Part shown: positions 42,701 to 51,131 of the stretch, in pieces
How positions within the stretch are numbered: position 1 is the stretch's first letter
How the letters are laid out: each line of letters opens with the position of its first letter
Source: an uncultured Gemmatimonadales bacterium
Lineage (GTDB): Bacteria > Gemmatimonadota > Gemmatimonadetes > Gemmatimonadales > GWC2-71-9
Direction of reading: 5' to 3'
Length of the DNA: 64,000 nt
NCBI GenBank assembly: GCA_963798915.1
Contig: CAWCVB010000002.1
Span: 448,001 to 512,000 of the forward strand
Program-made: the position numbers and the translations under genes
The notes under the pieces: model-generated
The model's input: only the letters and a program-made list of their open reading frames with translations
What the model was told of the DNA's origin: nothing
The model's database searches: none

Positions 42701-43185
42701 AGTGCGCGCAGCGCGATCTCGCGCACGTCGGCGTCCTCAGCGCGCGTATTCTGCACCGTCTCCAGCAGCGCCGGCACTGCCGATGCGTTGCCTACCCGTC
42801 CCAGCAGCTCGGCAGCGAAGGCACGCTCCCGCCACCGGCGGGCCGTGCGCAGGCGTTCGGTGTACTTGTCGATGAGCCCGAGGCGATCATAGGCGTCGAG
42901 CAGCCAGGCGGGGCGGTCCTCGACTGAGCGGGCCTGTTCCTCGAGGACCGCTTCGAGCGCTTCCATGTCACGGAGCGCGCCATGCTGATGGATGACCGGT
43001 TCGAGGAGCTCGCGCTCGCGAGTGGCGAGGCCCGCCACCAGCTCGCGGTAGGGACCCTTCCGGGCGGCCAGGCGCCGCTCCAGCCGGTTGAGATAGGCGG
43101 TGTAGGCGAACCAGACGAGAATGGCGGCGGCGCCCACGACAGCCATCGCCAGCGCGGCGTAGAGAATCAGCTGGAGAAAAGTCAT
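39706..43185 (-). CDS. Large membrane-anchored HEAT-repeat protein
   Basis: N-terminal TM, then many LxDxDxxVRxxAxxALG repeats; 1159 aa. Confidence 0.9.
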   Translation of the reverse strand: MTFLQLILYAALAMAVVGAAAILVWFAYTAYLNRLERRLAARKGPYRELVAGLATRERELLEPVIHQHGALRDMEALEAVLEEQARSVEDRPAWLLDAYDRLGLIDKYTERLRTARRWRERAFAAELLGRVGNASAVPALLETVQNTRAEDADVREIALRALARIADPRAVGPLVDALRNAEVWLAPRVADILTRHGEQVVEPMIDFLEQGGRHHARAWAASVLGEVRAHRAFPALIRALGDLEDEVRAKAAYALGRLGDRRATPYLLEHLLTDPAPFVRARIAGALGQFDDPEVIERLVRSLGDPAWWVRMRSVEALEQIGDQAEGPLLVALDDPDPELRIRSAVALERLGVPARTVKMIEENDRPEQAREILTKFAVAGARELLAELLLHPSRAVRLAVVAAIRRTGRRDLARELILGAQDADPTVRAAAFDTLRSLGQREAVPVALIAIGDSDESVRTEAVHLLGDLGGAAVTMDLRTMVSDPEIGVRAAVARALGLLGATDAAPELTRLLTDPAGSVRHAAAEAAATAGLNSLSPALVERLTDSDDRVRAAAAEALGRMGDRAAVPSLLRAFSGGSAEVRSAVTAAIAALDAGRIGDLHQALVAEKAGPGVRLAFARALADAASDGADDALVQMARDPDPAVRAESIASLGRHRSPKAAALASDGLADPDEAVRVGALNATIRLGDTSQAERIIALLAHDPSDGVRARAALAAGILGIESARSQLLRACAQEAPVEVRAAAVLALGALGDESVAGRVASMQDDAAVRAFLQARLRSDAEFRLLGMRLRQSHSLELRALASLTRTQMEEELTEGMRSVLDPAERRRVVAGLRAFQGDRSRSTLLQVVRGDPSPDVRAAALEAVAGMLDAEQLGVVARRALGDPSLAVRRTAVALFEHLPASDALPALLATVRADDDPSVLRHVAVQAQQGWDAFMDLALGSGSSGREAVVVTQVARYITHPALERLIVPLARSAEPAVREGLAKLIAVRTELATESVLQGLVADPVTSVRMAAAHAAAAGGFEVPLHSLADDPDAGVRRELAMLLRTVPGQGILPRLLGDPEPRVRAAAAVTGISRGELTMLPSDVAPAEAAGAVMDSNHLDELRETVRTSPDERHRQAAALLLVLVRDQVALEVEESDPVPAVRAAVRAMRERCR

Positions 43186-43553
43186 CAGCCGGTCAGCAGG
43201 TCGCCGGCGGTCTTGAGGAACTGGGTCACGTCCACCGGCTTGGTCAGGTAGGCGCTCACGCCCACTTCATCAGCCCAGAACCGGTCGGCATCCTGGTCCT
43301 TGGACGTGAGCATGAGCACGGGCGTCGTCGCCGTCTCCGGCAGCGCCCGCAACCGGCGGCAGGTCTGGTATCCGTTCATGCGTGGCATGACCACATCGAG
43401 CACGATGAGGTCGGGATGGTGCTCGCAGGCCAGCGAAACGCCCGCTTCGCCGTCGGATGCGGCGAAGACGCGGTACCCCGCGGTGGCGAGGCATCGCTGC
43501 AACAGTTCGCGTTCGATGACATCGTCATCAATGACAAGCACGAGGTGGCTCAT
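43185..43553 (-). CDS. Single-domain response regulator (PilH/CheY-like)
   Basis: PDLIVLDVVMPRMNGY; YLTKP. Confidence 0.93.
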   Translation of the reverse strand: MSHLVLVIDDDVIERELLQRCLATAGYRVFAASDGEAGVSLACEHHPDLIVLDVVMPRMNGYQTCRRLRALPETATTPVLMLTSKDQDADRFWADEVGVSAYLTKPVDVTQFLKTAGDLLTG

Positions 43554-43589
43554 GTCCGGGCCTCAGCCTTCGCCCCGGGGGTGTGGCGA

Positions 43590-44654
43590 TCAGCTCTTCT
43601 CTTCGTCGAGGAAGGTGAGCGTGGGACGATGATGGACGACAGTCTCCAGCGCCTTGTGGACCGCGGGATCAATAACCGTGCCGACCAGATCCCGGAGCCG
43701 CTCCACCGCCATGTCGGGCGGCATCTTTTCCTGGTAGGGACGGGACGTGGTCAAGGCATCGTAAATCTCGACGGCGCCAATGATGCGGGCGCCGAAGGGG
43801 ATGGCATCGCCAGCGAGCCGGTCGGGATAGCCATAACCATCGTAGCGTTCGTGGTGGCTGCGAACAAAGACGATGACGTCGTGCAGGTGCATCAGCGGGC
43901 TCAGGATCTGGGACCCGACCACCACATGCTGCTTGACGTGATCATACTCCTCATCGGTCAGCGGGCCCTGCTTGTTCAGGATTTCCTCGCGGATGCCGAT
44001 CTTGCCGATGTCGTGCAGCCGTCCCGCCGTGCGGACCCGCTCGATGGTCTCGTCATCGCAGCCCATCTCGGCCGCGATGGAGGCCGCCATGTCGGCCACC
44101 CGGGCCGAGTGACCGCGCAGGTAGGGATCCTTGGCTTCCAGCGCGTTGACCAGCGCCTCAAGCGTGGCGACCGAGATGCGTTCCAGATTCGCGCGCTCGG
44201 CCCGCACCTCCGCCGCGCGGACCGCGACCTCTTCCTTGAGCCACCGGGTGATTTCCTGGTCTTCCATCCTGGCGGCGCGCCGGGCCAGGGCGCGCTGGAT
44301 GGCCCGGCCCAGCACGTCGAGGTCGATCGGCTTGGTGAGATAGTCGAATGCGCCGCGCTGCATGCAGAGCGCGGCGGCCGTGGCATCGTTCACTGCGGTG
44401 AGCATGAGGATGGCGGCATTGGGCTCGGCCCGCAGCATCTGCGGCACGAGGTCCATGCCGCTGCCGTCAGGCAGCTTCACGTCCAGCAGGATGCAGGTGA
44501 CCTTGCTCCGCTGGAGCGCGCTGATGGCTTCCGCCGCGGTACCGGCAGTCATGACTTCGTAGCCCCGACCGGTCAGGAACCGTTTCAGGGCATTCCGGAT
44601 GGATTCCTCATCGTCTACAACGAGGACGGCGACGGGGCCATCGGCCAGGACCAA
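43590..44654 (-). CDS. REC + HD-GYP cyclic-di-GMP phosphodiesterase
   Basis: GHSARVA; LHDIGKIG; HHERYDGYGYP. Confidence 0.93.
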   Translation of the reverse strand: MVLADGPVAVLVVDDEESIRNALKRFLTGRGYEVMTAGTAAEAISALQRSKVTCILLDVKLPDGSGMDLVPQMLRAEPNAAILMLTAVNDATAAALCMQRGAFDYLTKPIDLDVLGRAIQRALARRAARMEDQEITRWLKEEVAVRAAEVRAERANLERISVATLEALVNALEAKDPYLRGHSARVADMAASIAAEMGCDDETIERVRTAGRLHDIGKIGIREEILNKQGPLTDEEYDHVKQHVVVGSQILSPLMHLHDVIVFVRSHHERYDGYGYPDRLAGDAIPFGARIIGAVEIYDALTTSRPYQEKMPPDMAVERLRDLVGTVIDPAVHKALETVVHHRPTLTFLDEEKS

Positions 44655-44729
44655 GGGAACTCCCCTGAGAGGGAAAACCAGTGCACTAAGGTAGAGAAGC
44701 GCGCGCCGGGAGTCGAGGCCGGCACGGCA

Positions 44730-45572
44730 TCATCCGATAAAATCCACTTGCACGCGCTCGGGAATGAGTCCCGCTTCGAAGGCGCGATCCAGCAACTCGC
44801 GTACCGCTTGGCGGCCGCGCTCGCCGTAATCCACCGTCCAGTCGTTCACGTACATGCCCACGAAGGTATCGGTCCGTTCATTCCCGATGCCGCGGTTGAA
44901 CTGCATGGCATGTTCCAATGCCGGGCCGCGGTGGGCAAGGGCGTATTCGATGCTGGCGCGCAGGTCGTGGGCAATCTGCCGGGTGACGGCCTGGCCCAGG
45001 TCGCGCCGCACCACGTTGCCACCCAGCGGGAGCGGCAGGCCGGTATCGCGCATCCACCAGGCGCCGAGGTCTTCCCACAGGTGGAGACCATCGTCCGCAA
45101 AGGTGAGCTGGCCCTCGTGGATCAGGAGGCCGACCTCCACCTCACCCGCCAGGACGGCCGCCTCGATCTGGTCAAAGGGCACGACCACATGCTCGACGTC
45201 CGGCTGGTAGAGCTGGAGAGCGAGAAACGCGGTCGTGAGCGTGCCGGGGACCGCCACCCTCCGCCCGGCCAGCGCCGCCCTCGGATCGGCCGGAGCCGGC
45301 GAGGTGGCCACCAGTCGCGGGCCATAACCGTCCCCCATGGACGATCCGGACGCCAGCAGGGCGTAGGTCCGCCACAGGTACGCGTAGGCATGAATGGATA
45401 CGGCCGACACCTCGAGTTCCCCTCGCAGGGCGCGCCGGTTGAGGGATTCGATGTCGGCAAGCTCGTGCACGTAATCGAGGTCGCCTGTCTCCAGCTTGCC
45501 CTCGGCCAGCGCGTAGAACATGAAGGCATCATCGGAGTCGGGGCTATGGGCGACGTGGATGGTCTGGGGCAT
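44730..45572 (-). CDS. mqnD: 1,4-dihydroxy-6-naphthoate synthase (futalosine menaquinone pathway)
   Basis: AHSPDSDDAFMFY; GLLIHEGQL; LPLPLGG; MYVN. Confidence 0.93.
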   Translation of the reverse strand: MPQTIHVAHSPDSDDAFMFYALAEGKLETGDLDYVHELADIESLNRRALRGELEVSAVSIHAYAYLWRTYALLASGSSMGDGYGPRLVATSPAPADPRAALAGRRVAVPGTLTTAFLALQLYQPDVEHVVVPFDQIEAAVLAGEVEVGLLIHEGQLTFADDGLHLWEDLGAWWMRDTGLPLPLGGNVVRRDLGQAVTRQIAHDLRASIEYALAHRGPALEHAMQFNRGIGNERTDTFVGMYVNDWTVDYGERGRQAVRELLDRAFEAGLIPERVQVDFIG

Positions 45573-45638
45573 GTGGCCGAGGGACGAGGGTCGAGGGACG
45601 AGGGACGAGGGACCGGAGAGGGAACGCGTGCGTCGCCC

Positions 45639-46445
45639 CTACCTGCCCTCCGCCTGCTTCCTGAAGTCATCAATCACATTCTTGTGGTCCGCATACTCCG
45701 GCCGGTGCGCGGCGCTTTCGGCGGGCCACGCCTTGAGGAACTCGCGATGGGCTCGCTGCAGGGCGGCGGTGTCGCCCTCGAATTCGGCAATTTCGCCCCG
45801 GACAGCATAGGCCAGCAGGTAGCCCGGCGTGAGACGGAGCATGGTATCCGCCAGCGCCAGGGCCTCGGGCAGCCGGCCGACCTGGGCGTTGAGGATGGCC
45901 GCGTGGTAGCGCTCATCCTGGGTGATGGTGTCGAGCTGGGCATAGGCGCCCAGGGCCATGGGCGTGAAGGTGACCACCGTGCTGCTGTCGCCCTGGGCTG
46001 CGGCCTGCATGATGCGGTTGTTGAGCCGGAGGAAGCGCTCCGACGGCGAGAGCTGGCTGATGTCGGGCGCCTTCCCGGTCGGCAGGGTGCCGCCTGGGTC
46101 CTGAAACGTCTGGGCCGAACTGGCGTTGCCGGCGTTGGCCATGTCGGGCGCGGCCGCGCCGCCCGGCCCGGCCAGCATCTTCCAGACAATGATGGCCAAC
46201 AGGGCGACCACCACACCGCCCGCCACCAGCCACGCGCCTCGTTCCGAGCGGCCGCCCACCGGCACGGCCGGCGCCACCCGGCCGGGTGCCGGCGCACCGC
46301 ACCGGTGGCAGAATCGGGCCTGGGCTGAAAGAGCGGCGCCGCAGGCGCCACAGGTTCGTGGGCCGAGGGCGGTTCCGCAGGCGCTGCAGAACTTGCCCTC
46401 GCCCGGCAGGCCGCAGGCAGGGCAGGTGGCGATCGGATCTGGCAT
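45639..46445 (-). CDS. Double zinc-ribbon membrane protein with TPR-like C-terminus
   Basis: CPAC, FCSACG, CGAC, FCHRCG; TM. Confidence 0.8.
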   Translation of the reverse strand: MPDPIATCPACGLPGEGKFCSACGTALGPRTCGACGAALSAQARFCHRCGAPAPGRVAPAVPVGGRSERGAWLVAGGVVVALLAIIVWKMLAGPGGAAAPDMANAGNASSAQTFQDPGGTLPTGKAPDISQLSPSERFLRLNNRIMQAAAQGDSSTVVTFTPMALGAYAQLDTITQDERYHAAILNAQVGRLPEALALADTMLRLTPGYLLAYAVRGEIAEFEGDTAALQRAHREFLKAWPAESAAHRPEYADHKNVIDDFRKQAEGR

Positions 46446-46645
46446 AGAGGAGGAATGTAATGAGGGGTCAGGGAATAGGGGTTAGGGGTGCACGGCTCCG
46501 GGCCCGCGCGAAAATCCGATCGCAGCACGCCCCAGTCCCCAATCCCCAATCCCTATTCCCCAATCCCTAATCCCCAATCCCTAAATCCACCTTGCACCCT
46601 TCTCGATCCGAGCCGACATTACCCGCTCCCATTTCCTGGCCAGCG

Positions 46646-48022
46646 ATGACTGATCTCCGTCCGACCTTTCGCGACTTCCCCAGCACGCTCGCCGGCGCCA
46701 CCCGGGCCGACGTGCTTGCCCTGATCACCCGGTTCGAGGTGGACTTTCTTCGGTTGCAGTTCAGCGACATCCTGGGCGTCAACAAGAATGTCGAGGTGCC
46801 CCGGAGCCGCTTCGACAAGGCCCTGGAAGGCGAGATCATGTTCGATGGCTCGTCCATCGAGGGTTTCGTGCGGATCGAGGAGAGCGACATGCTCCTGAAG
46901 CCGGACCTCGCCACCCTCCGGATCCTGCCCTACGAGGATGAGGGTGGCCGGGTAGCCCGGCTGCTGTGCGATATCCACATGCCGGACGACTCGCCATTTG
47001 TCGGCTGCCCGCGGCTCACCCTCAAGCGCCAGCTGGAGCGCGCCCGCGCCCTTGGCTTCAGCATGATGGCGGGCTGCGAGGCGGAGTTCTTCCTCTTCGA
47101 GCGCGCCGCCGACGGGGCATCCTCCACCGTGACCCATGACGACGCCAGCTACTTCGATCTCGGCCCGGTGGACCAGGGCGAGGAGATCCGACGCGTCATC
47201 ATTGGCCAGCTGCTCACCATGGGCTTCGAGGTGGAGGCGGCGCACCACGAAGTGGCGCGTGGTCAGCACGAGATCGACTTCCGCTATGCCGACGCCCTGG
47301 TCACCGCTGACAACCTGGCCACCTTCAAGTTCATCGTGCGGAACGTCGCCTCCCGCTATGGCTACGTGGCGTCCTTCATGCCCAAGCCGATCGAGGGCAT
47401 CAACGGCAGCGGCATGCATACCCACCAGTCGCTCTTCCGCACCAGCGGAGCGAACGCCTTCCATGATCCCAAGGCGCCGCACGAGCTGAGCGGCATCGCG
47501 CTGCAGTACATCGAGGGCCTGCTGCAGCATGCGCGCGGCTTCTGCGCCATCACCAACCCGCTGGTGAACTCATACAAGCGGCTGGTGCCGGGGTACGAAG
47601 CGCCGGTCAACGTCGCATGGTCCATGCGGAATCGCTCGCCCCTGGTGCGGATTCCCGACCGGCGCGGTACCGGCACCCGCTGCGAGCTGCGCATGCCCGA
47701 CCCGAGCTGCAATCCCTACCTGGCGCTCGCGGTGCAGCTGGCCGCGGGGCTGGATGGCGTCGAGCGGAAGCTGAAGGCCCGGCCGCCGGTCAACCGCAAC
47801 ATCTTCACCATGAGCTACCGCGACCGGCGCAAGTTCCGGATCGACGAACTGCCGCGCGACCTGCATGAGGCCCTCGAGGAGTTCAAGAAGGACAAGGTGG
47901 TCACCTCGGCGCTGGGTGAGCATCTCACCGAACGGTTTCTGGAGGCCAAGCGGAAGGAAGTGGAGGACTACCAGCGGCACGTGAGCGGATGGGAAGTGGA
48001 GAGGTACTTGGGACGATACTAG
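46646..48022 (+). CDS. glnA: Glutamine synthetase type I
   Basis: FDGSSIEG; HHEVARGQHEI; FMPKP...NGSGMH; NSYKRLVPGYEAP; RCELRMPDP. Confidence 0.96.
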   Translation: MTDLRPTFRDFPSTLAGATRADVLALITRFEVDFLRLQFSDILGVNKNVEVPRSRFDKALEGEIMFDGSSIEGFVRIEESDMLLKPDLATLRILPYEDEGGRVARLLCDIHMPDDSPFVGCPRLTLKRQLERARALGFSMMAGCEAEFFLFERAADGASSTVTHDDASYFDLGPVDQGEEIRRVIIGQLLTMGFEVEAAHHEVARGQHEIDFRYADALVTADNLATFKFIVRNVASRYGYVASFMPKPIEGINGSGMHTHQSLFRTSGANAFHDPKAPHELSGIALQYIEGLLQHARGFCAITNPLVNSYKRLVPGYEAPVNVAWSMRNRSPLVRIPDRRGTGTRCELRMPDPSCNPYLALAVQLAAGLDGVERKLKARPPVNRNIFTMSYRDRRKFRIDELPRDLHEALEEFKKDKVVTSALGEHLTERFLEAKRKEVEDYQRHVSGWEVERYLGRY

Positions 48023-48070
48023 ATGGGCGAGATGGGCAGGATGGGCGGGATGGGCAGGTGCTCGTGGGCC

Positions 48071-48164
48071 GTCATTCCCGCGAACGCGGGAATCCATGAG
48101 GGCTTACCCGTGGTGAATCAGCATGCCCCTGGTCCTCATGGACCCCCGCTTGCGCGGGGGTGAC
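48071..48164. repeat. Palindromic element with dRS3-like core ATTCCC-N8-GGGAAT
   Basis: GTCATTCCCGCGAACGCGGGAATCCA...TGGACCCCCGCTTGCGCGGGGGTGAC, flanked by inverted 9-mer tracts. Confidence 0.8.
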
Positions 48165-48249
48165 GATCTTGCGACGTTCGGCCCGCCCATCCCGCCCATC
48201 CCGCCCATCCCGCCCATCCCGCCCATCCCGCCCATCCCGCCCATCCCGC

Positions 48250-48939
48250 CTACCTTCCGTCCCACACCAGCGTCGCATTCCCAATCGGCAGCGGGACCGT
48301 GGCGCGGGCGGGAATCCGTCTCGCGTCATCCGTGATCCAGAGTTCCGACGAACGCCCCGCCGCCGCAACCCGGAGATGCAGGCAGCGCACCGATGCGCCG
48401 GAGCCGACCTTGACCGTCTCCCTGCCGAGCGCTGAGACGGTGATGGGATTGAACCCGCTGCGGAAGTAGCCATTGAGCGCGCGGGACTGTCCCGGCGCCA
48501 GCGACAGGGTGCGGATGTAGTAGAGCAGCGCCAGTTCATCCATGGGCTGGGCCGGCGCCACGAACTCCTGGCTGCTGCCTGCCAGCCGATAGCGCAATGA
48601 GTCGGGCAGGATCTGCCATTGCTCGTCGGTCACCCGACCCGCAAGATCCATGTGGCGGTGGAACTGCAGCGAGGCAAAGTCAGCCGACTCGACCCACGAG
48701 GTCAGGTCCCAACTCGACTTGAGGCCGGGCGGGCCGCCATTGGCGCTCAGCGTAAAGACGACCGCCCGCTTGCCCCGGACGGCCGCGTTCCGGGCGACGT
48801 GAATATCGGCAACGCCGGCAGGGAAGTAGCCGACCTTGGCGTCGTAGTGCAGCGTCTCGCCGACCGCGAAGGGCCAGTCGGCGCGCGCATGCGTCAACGA
48901 TCCGGCGAGCATGACTGCAATGACTGGAAGAACCCGCAC
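48250..48939 (-). CDS. DUF3108-like secreted protein
   Basis: WPFAVGETLHY...LWITDDARRIPAR; signal peptide. Confidence 0.8.
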   Translation of the reverse strand: MRVLPVIAVMLAGSLTHARADWPFAVGETLHYDAKVGYFPAGVADIHVARNAAVRGKRAVVFTLSANGGPPGLKSSWDLTSWVESADFASLQFHRHMDLAGRVTDEQWQILPDSLRYRLAGSSQEFVAPAQPMDELALLYYIRTLSLAPGQSRALNGYFRSGFNPITVSALGRETVKVGSGASVRCLHLRVAAAGRSSELWITDDARRIPARATVPLPIGNATLVWDGR

Positions 48940-49737
48940 GTGACTGCTCCCATGGCGTGGTGTTTCGATCTGGACGGCACCCTCTATCAGGGTAATGCCG
49001 CCATTCCCGGCGCGGCCAGACTCCTCGCGACATTGAGACGCGCCGGTGTTCCATTCCGTTGCGTCTCCAATACCACCAGCCGCTCGCGCCGGCTCCTGGG
49101 GGAGCGGCTGGCCCGTTACGGTCTCGACGTCGCTCCGGATGAAATCTTTACTGCCACCCGCGCCGGCGCATCCTGGCTGGCCCGGGCCGGCCTCAACCGG
49201 GTTGCACCGTTCGTGCCGGAGGCGGCGCTGGAAGATCTGGGCGATGTCACCCTCGTGGGCGGCACCAGCGGGGCATCCGCGTCCAGCTCGGTGGACGCCA
49301 TCGTCCTGGGCGACCTGGGCCGCGGGTGGACCCACGAGCTGGTGCAGGAAGCATTTGCCCACCTCATGGCAGGCGCGCGCTTCGTGGCGCTCTCCCGTGA
49401 CCGCTACTGGCATGATGGCGCCGGCCTCGTCATGGATTGCGGCGGCTACGTGGCGGCGCTCGAGTATGCCACCGGACAGGAGGCGGTGCTGGCCGGCAAG
49501 CCCAGTGCTGAATTCTATCACCAGGTACTGGCGTCGTTCGGCCCCGGCATCCCGGCGGCGCGGGTCACCATGGTGGGCGATGATGTCCGCTCCGACGTGG
49601 CCGGCGCCCAGGCCGCGGGCATGCGCGGCTGGCTGGTGGAGACCGGGAAGTTCAACCGGGAGGCGCTGGCCAGCAGCGGCGTCACGCCGGATCGGATCGT
49701 GCGGAGTGTCGCCGAGGTGACGGGAACAGCAGTATGA
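48940..49737 (+). CDS. HAD-IIA hydrolase (NagD/LHPP-like)
   Basis: FDLDGTL; SNTT; GKPS; MVGDD...DV; TGKF. Confidence 0.92.
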   Translation: MTAPMAWCFDLDGTLYQGNAAIPGAARLLATLRRAGVPFRCVSNTTSRSRRLLGERLARYGLDVAPDEIFTATRAGASWLARAGLNRVAPFVPEAALEDLGDVTLVGGTSGASASSSVDAIVLGDLGRGWTHELVQEAFAHLMAGARFVALSRDRYWHDGAGLVMDCGGYVAALEYATGQEAVLAGKPSAEFYHQVLASFGPGIPAARVTMVGDDVRSDVAGAQAAGMRGWLVETGKFNREALASSGVTPDRIVRSVAEVTGTAV

Positions 49738-49744
49738 TTGTCGG

Positions 49745-50209
49745 ATGACGACTCCGCCTCCCGACATTCCGCCTCCGGCGCCGGAACCAGCCGGCGAACC
49801 GGTGCCACCGCCCCCCGATGAGAAGGCCACCCGGCGACGTCGACTGCGCCGCAAGCTGGAGCTGGGCTGGCTCAGCGTGCTGCTCTTCCTGGTACTCGGC
49901 TTTGCGCTGTACACCACCATCATGGCCAACTACGCCTACTCGACCGGCAGCAAGGCCGGTTACCTGCAGGTCTTCGAGGACCGTGGCTGGCTCTGCAAGA
50001 CCCACGAGGGCGAGTTGCTGATCACCTCGGCGCCCGGTGTGCCGACGGAAACCTGGCGCTTCAGCGTGCGCGACAAGGATCTGCTGGCAGCACTCCGGCC
50101 CGCGGTGGGGAAGCGGGTGCTGGTGTTCTACGAAGAGCATCGAGGCCTGCCGACCAGCTGCTTCGGGGCCACCAATTTCTTCGTGGATAGCGTGGTGGTG
50201 GCGCCGTAG
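49745..50209 (+). CDS. Conserved single-TM hypothetical protein
   Basis: YSTGSKAGY...GWLCKTHEGEL...FSVRD...FYEEH. Confidence 0.8.
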   Translation: MTTPPPDIPPPAPEPAGEPVPPPPDEKATRRRRLRRKLELGWLSVLLFLVLGFALYTTIMANYAYSTGSKAGYLQVFEDRGWLCKTHEGELLITSAPGVPTETWRFSVRDKDLLAALRPAVGKRVLVFYEEHRGLPTSCFGATNFFVDSVVVAP

Positions 50210-50406
50210 GGGTCGAGAGGTCGCGAGTCGCGGGTCGTCGGTCGTCGGTCGTCGGTCGTCGTCATTGCGAGGAGGGGCCATCGGGCCCCCTACGGGGCCC
50301 GCAATGGCCCCTCGTCGCAATATGAACTACTATGCCGACGACCGACGACCGACGACCGACGACTGATGACCGACGACTGACAACCGACGACTGACGACCG
50401 ACGACC
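50210..50406. repeat. GTCATTGCGAGG palindrome (50261-50321) flanked by inverted (GTCGTCG)n / (CGACGAC)n tracts
   Basis: Seen directly. Confidence 0.8.
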
Positions 50407-50480
50407 AATAACGCCCGCTGGCGTCCCTGCCCGGCGGGCTGTATGTTGTCCCCGAGGTTCGGTTTTTCTTCGGGGTCATC

Positions 50481-51131
50481 ATGTCGCTCGCTGAACTGCG
50501 CCAGGAACTCGCCCAGGTCGTTCCCCCACCGGCCAAGCCGGAGGGGGTGGCCACCGGGCTGGCCCTGCTGGACCGGGCCCTGGGTGGCGCCCTGCCCAAG
50601 GGGCTGATCACCGAGATCACCGGCCCGGCCGGTTCCGGCCGCACCACGCTGCTGCGTCGCTTGGTTGAGGGAGCCATCCGCCAGGAACTGCTGGTGGCCT
50701 ATATCGACGCTGAGCGCACCCTCAACCCGCGGGACTGGGCGCACCTGGCCCGCCGGGCGGATGATGATGGCCTCTGGGTCATCCGCCCACCCGACCCTGC
50801 CCGCGCCGCCTGGTGCAGCGAACTGCTGCTCCGAAGTGGCGCCTTTCCCATCGTGATCCTGGACGGCGGACCTGTCCTGCCGCATGCCATCACCGTCCGG
50901 CTTGCCAGCATTGCGCGCGAGCATGATGCAGTGCTCATCCTGAGCCGGGCCAGGAATGACGGTCCCGCCCGGGGCGTGACCGTGGCGGTGCGCGGGCGGG
51001 CGGCCCACACCGTGGAGGTGCAGCGTGAGATCGTCATGGCGCGTCGCCTGTGTGCGCATCCCGAGGTTCCCGATCGGCGCGGTGTGGAGCGCCGACGTCA
51101 CGCACCTTCCTGGTACGGACGCGTGGGATGA
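50481..51131 (+). CDS. imuA: ImuA/RecA-like protein
   Basis: TGLALLDRALGGALPKG...GPAGSGRTT; operon context. Confidence 0.85.
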   Translation: MSLAELRQELAQVVPPPAKPEGVATGLALLDRALGGALPKGLITEITGPAGSGRTTLLRRLVEGAIRQELLVAYIDAERTLNPRDWAHLARRADDDGLWVIRPPDPARAAWCSELLLRSGAFPIVILDGGPVLPHAITVRLASIAREHDAVLILSRARNDGPARGVTVAVRGRAAHTVEVQREIVMARRLCAHPEVPDRRGVERRRHAPSWYGRVG

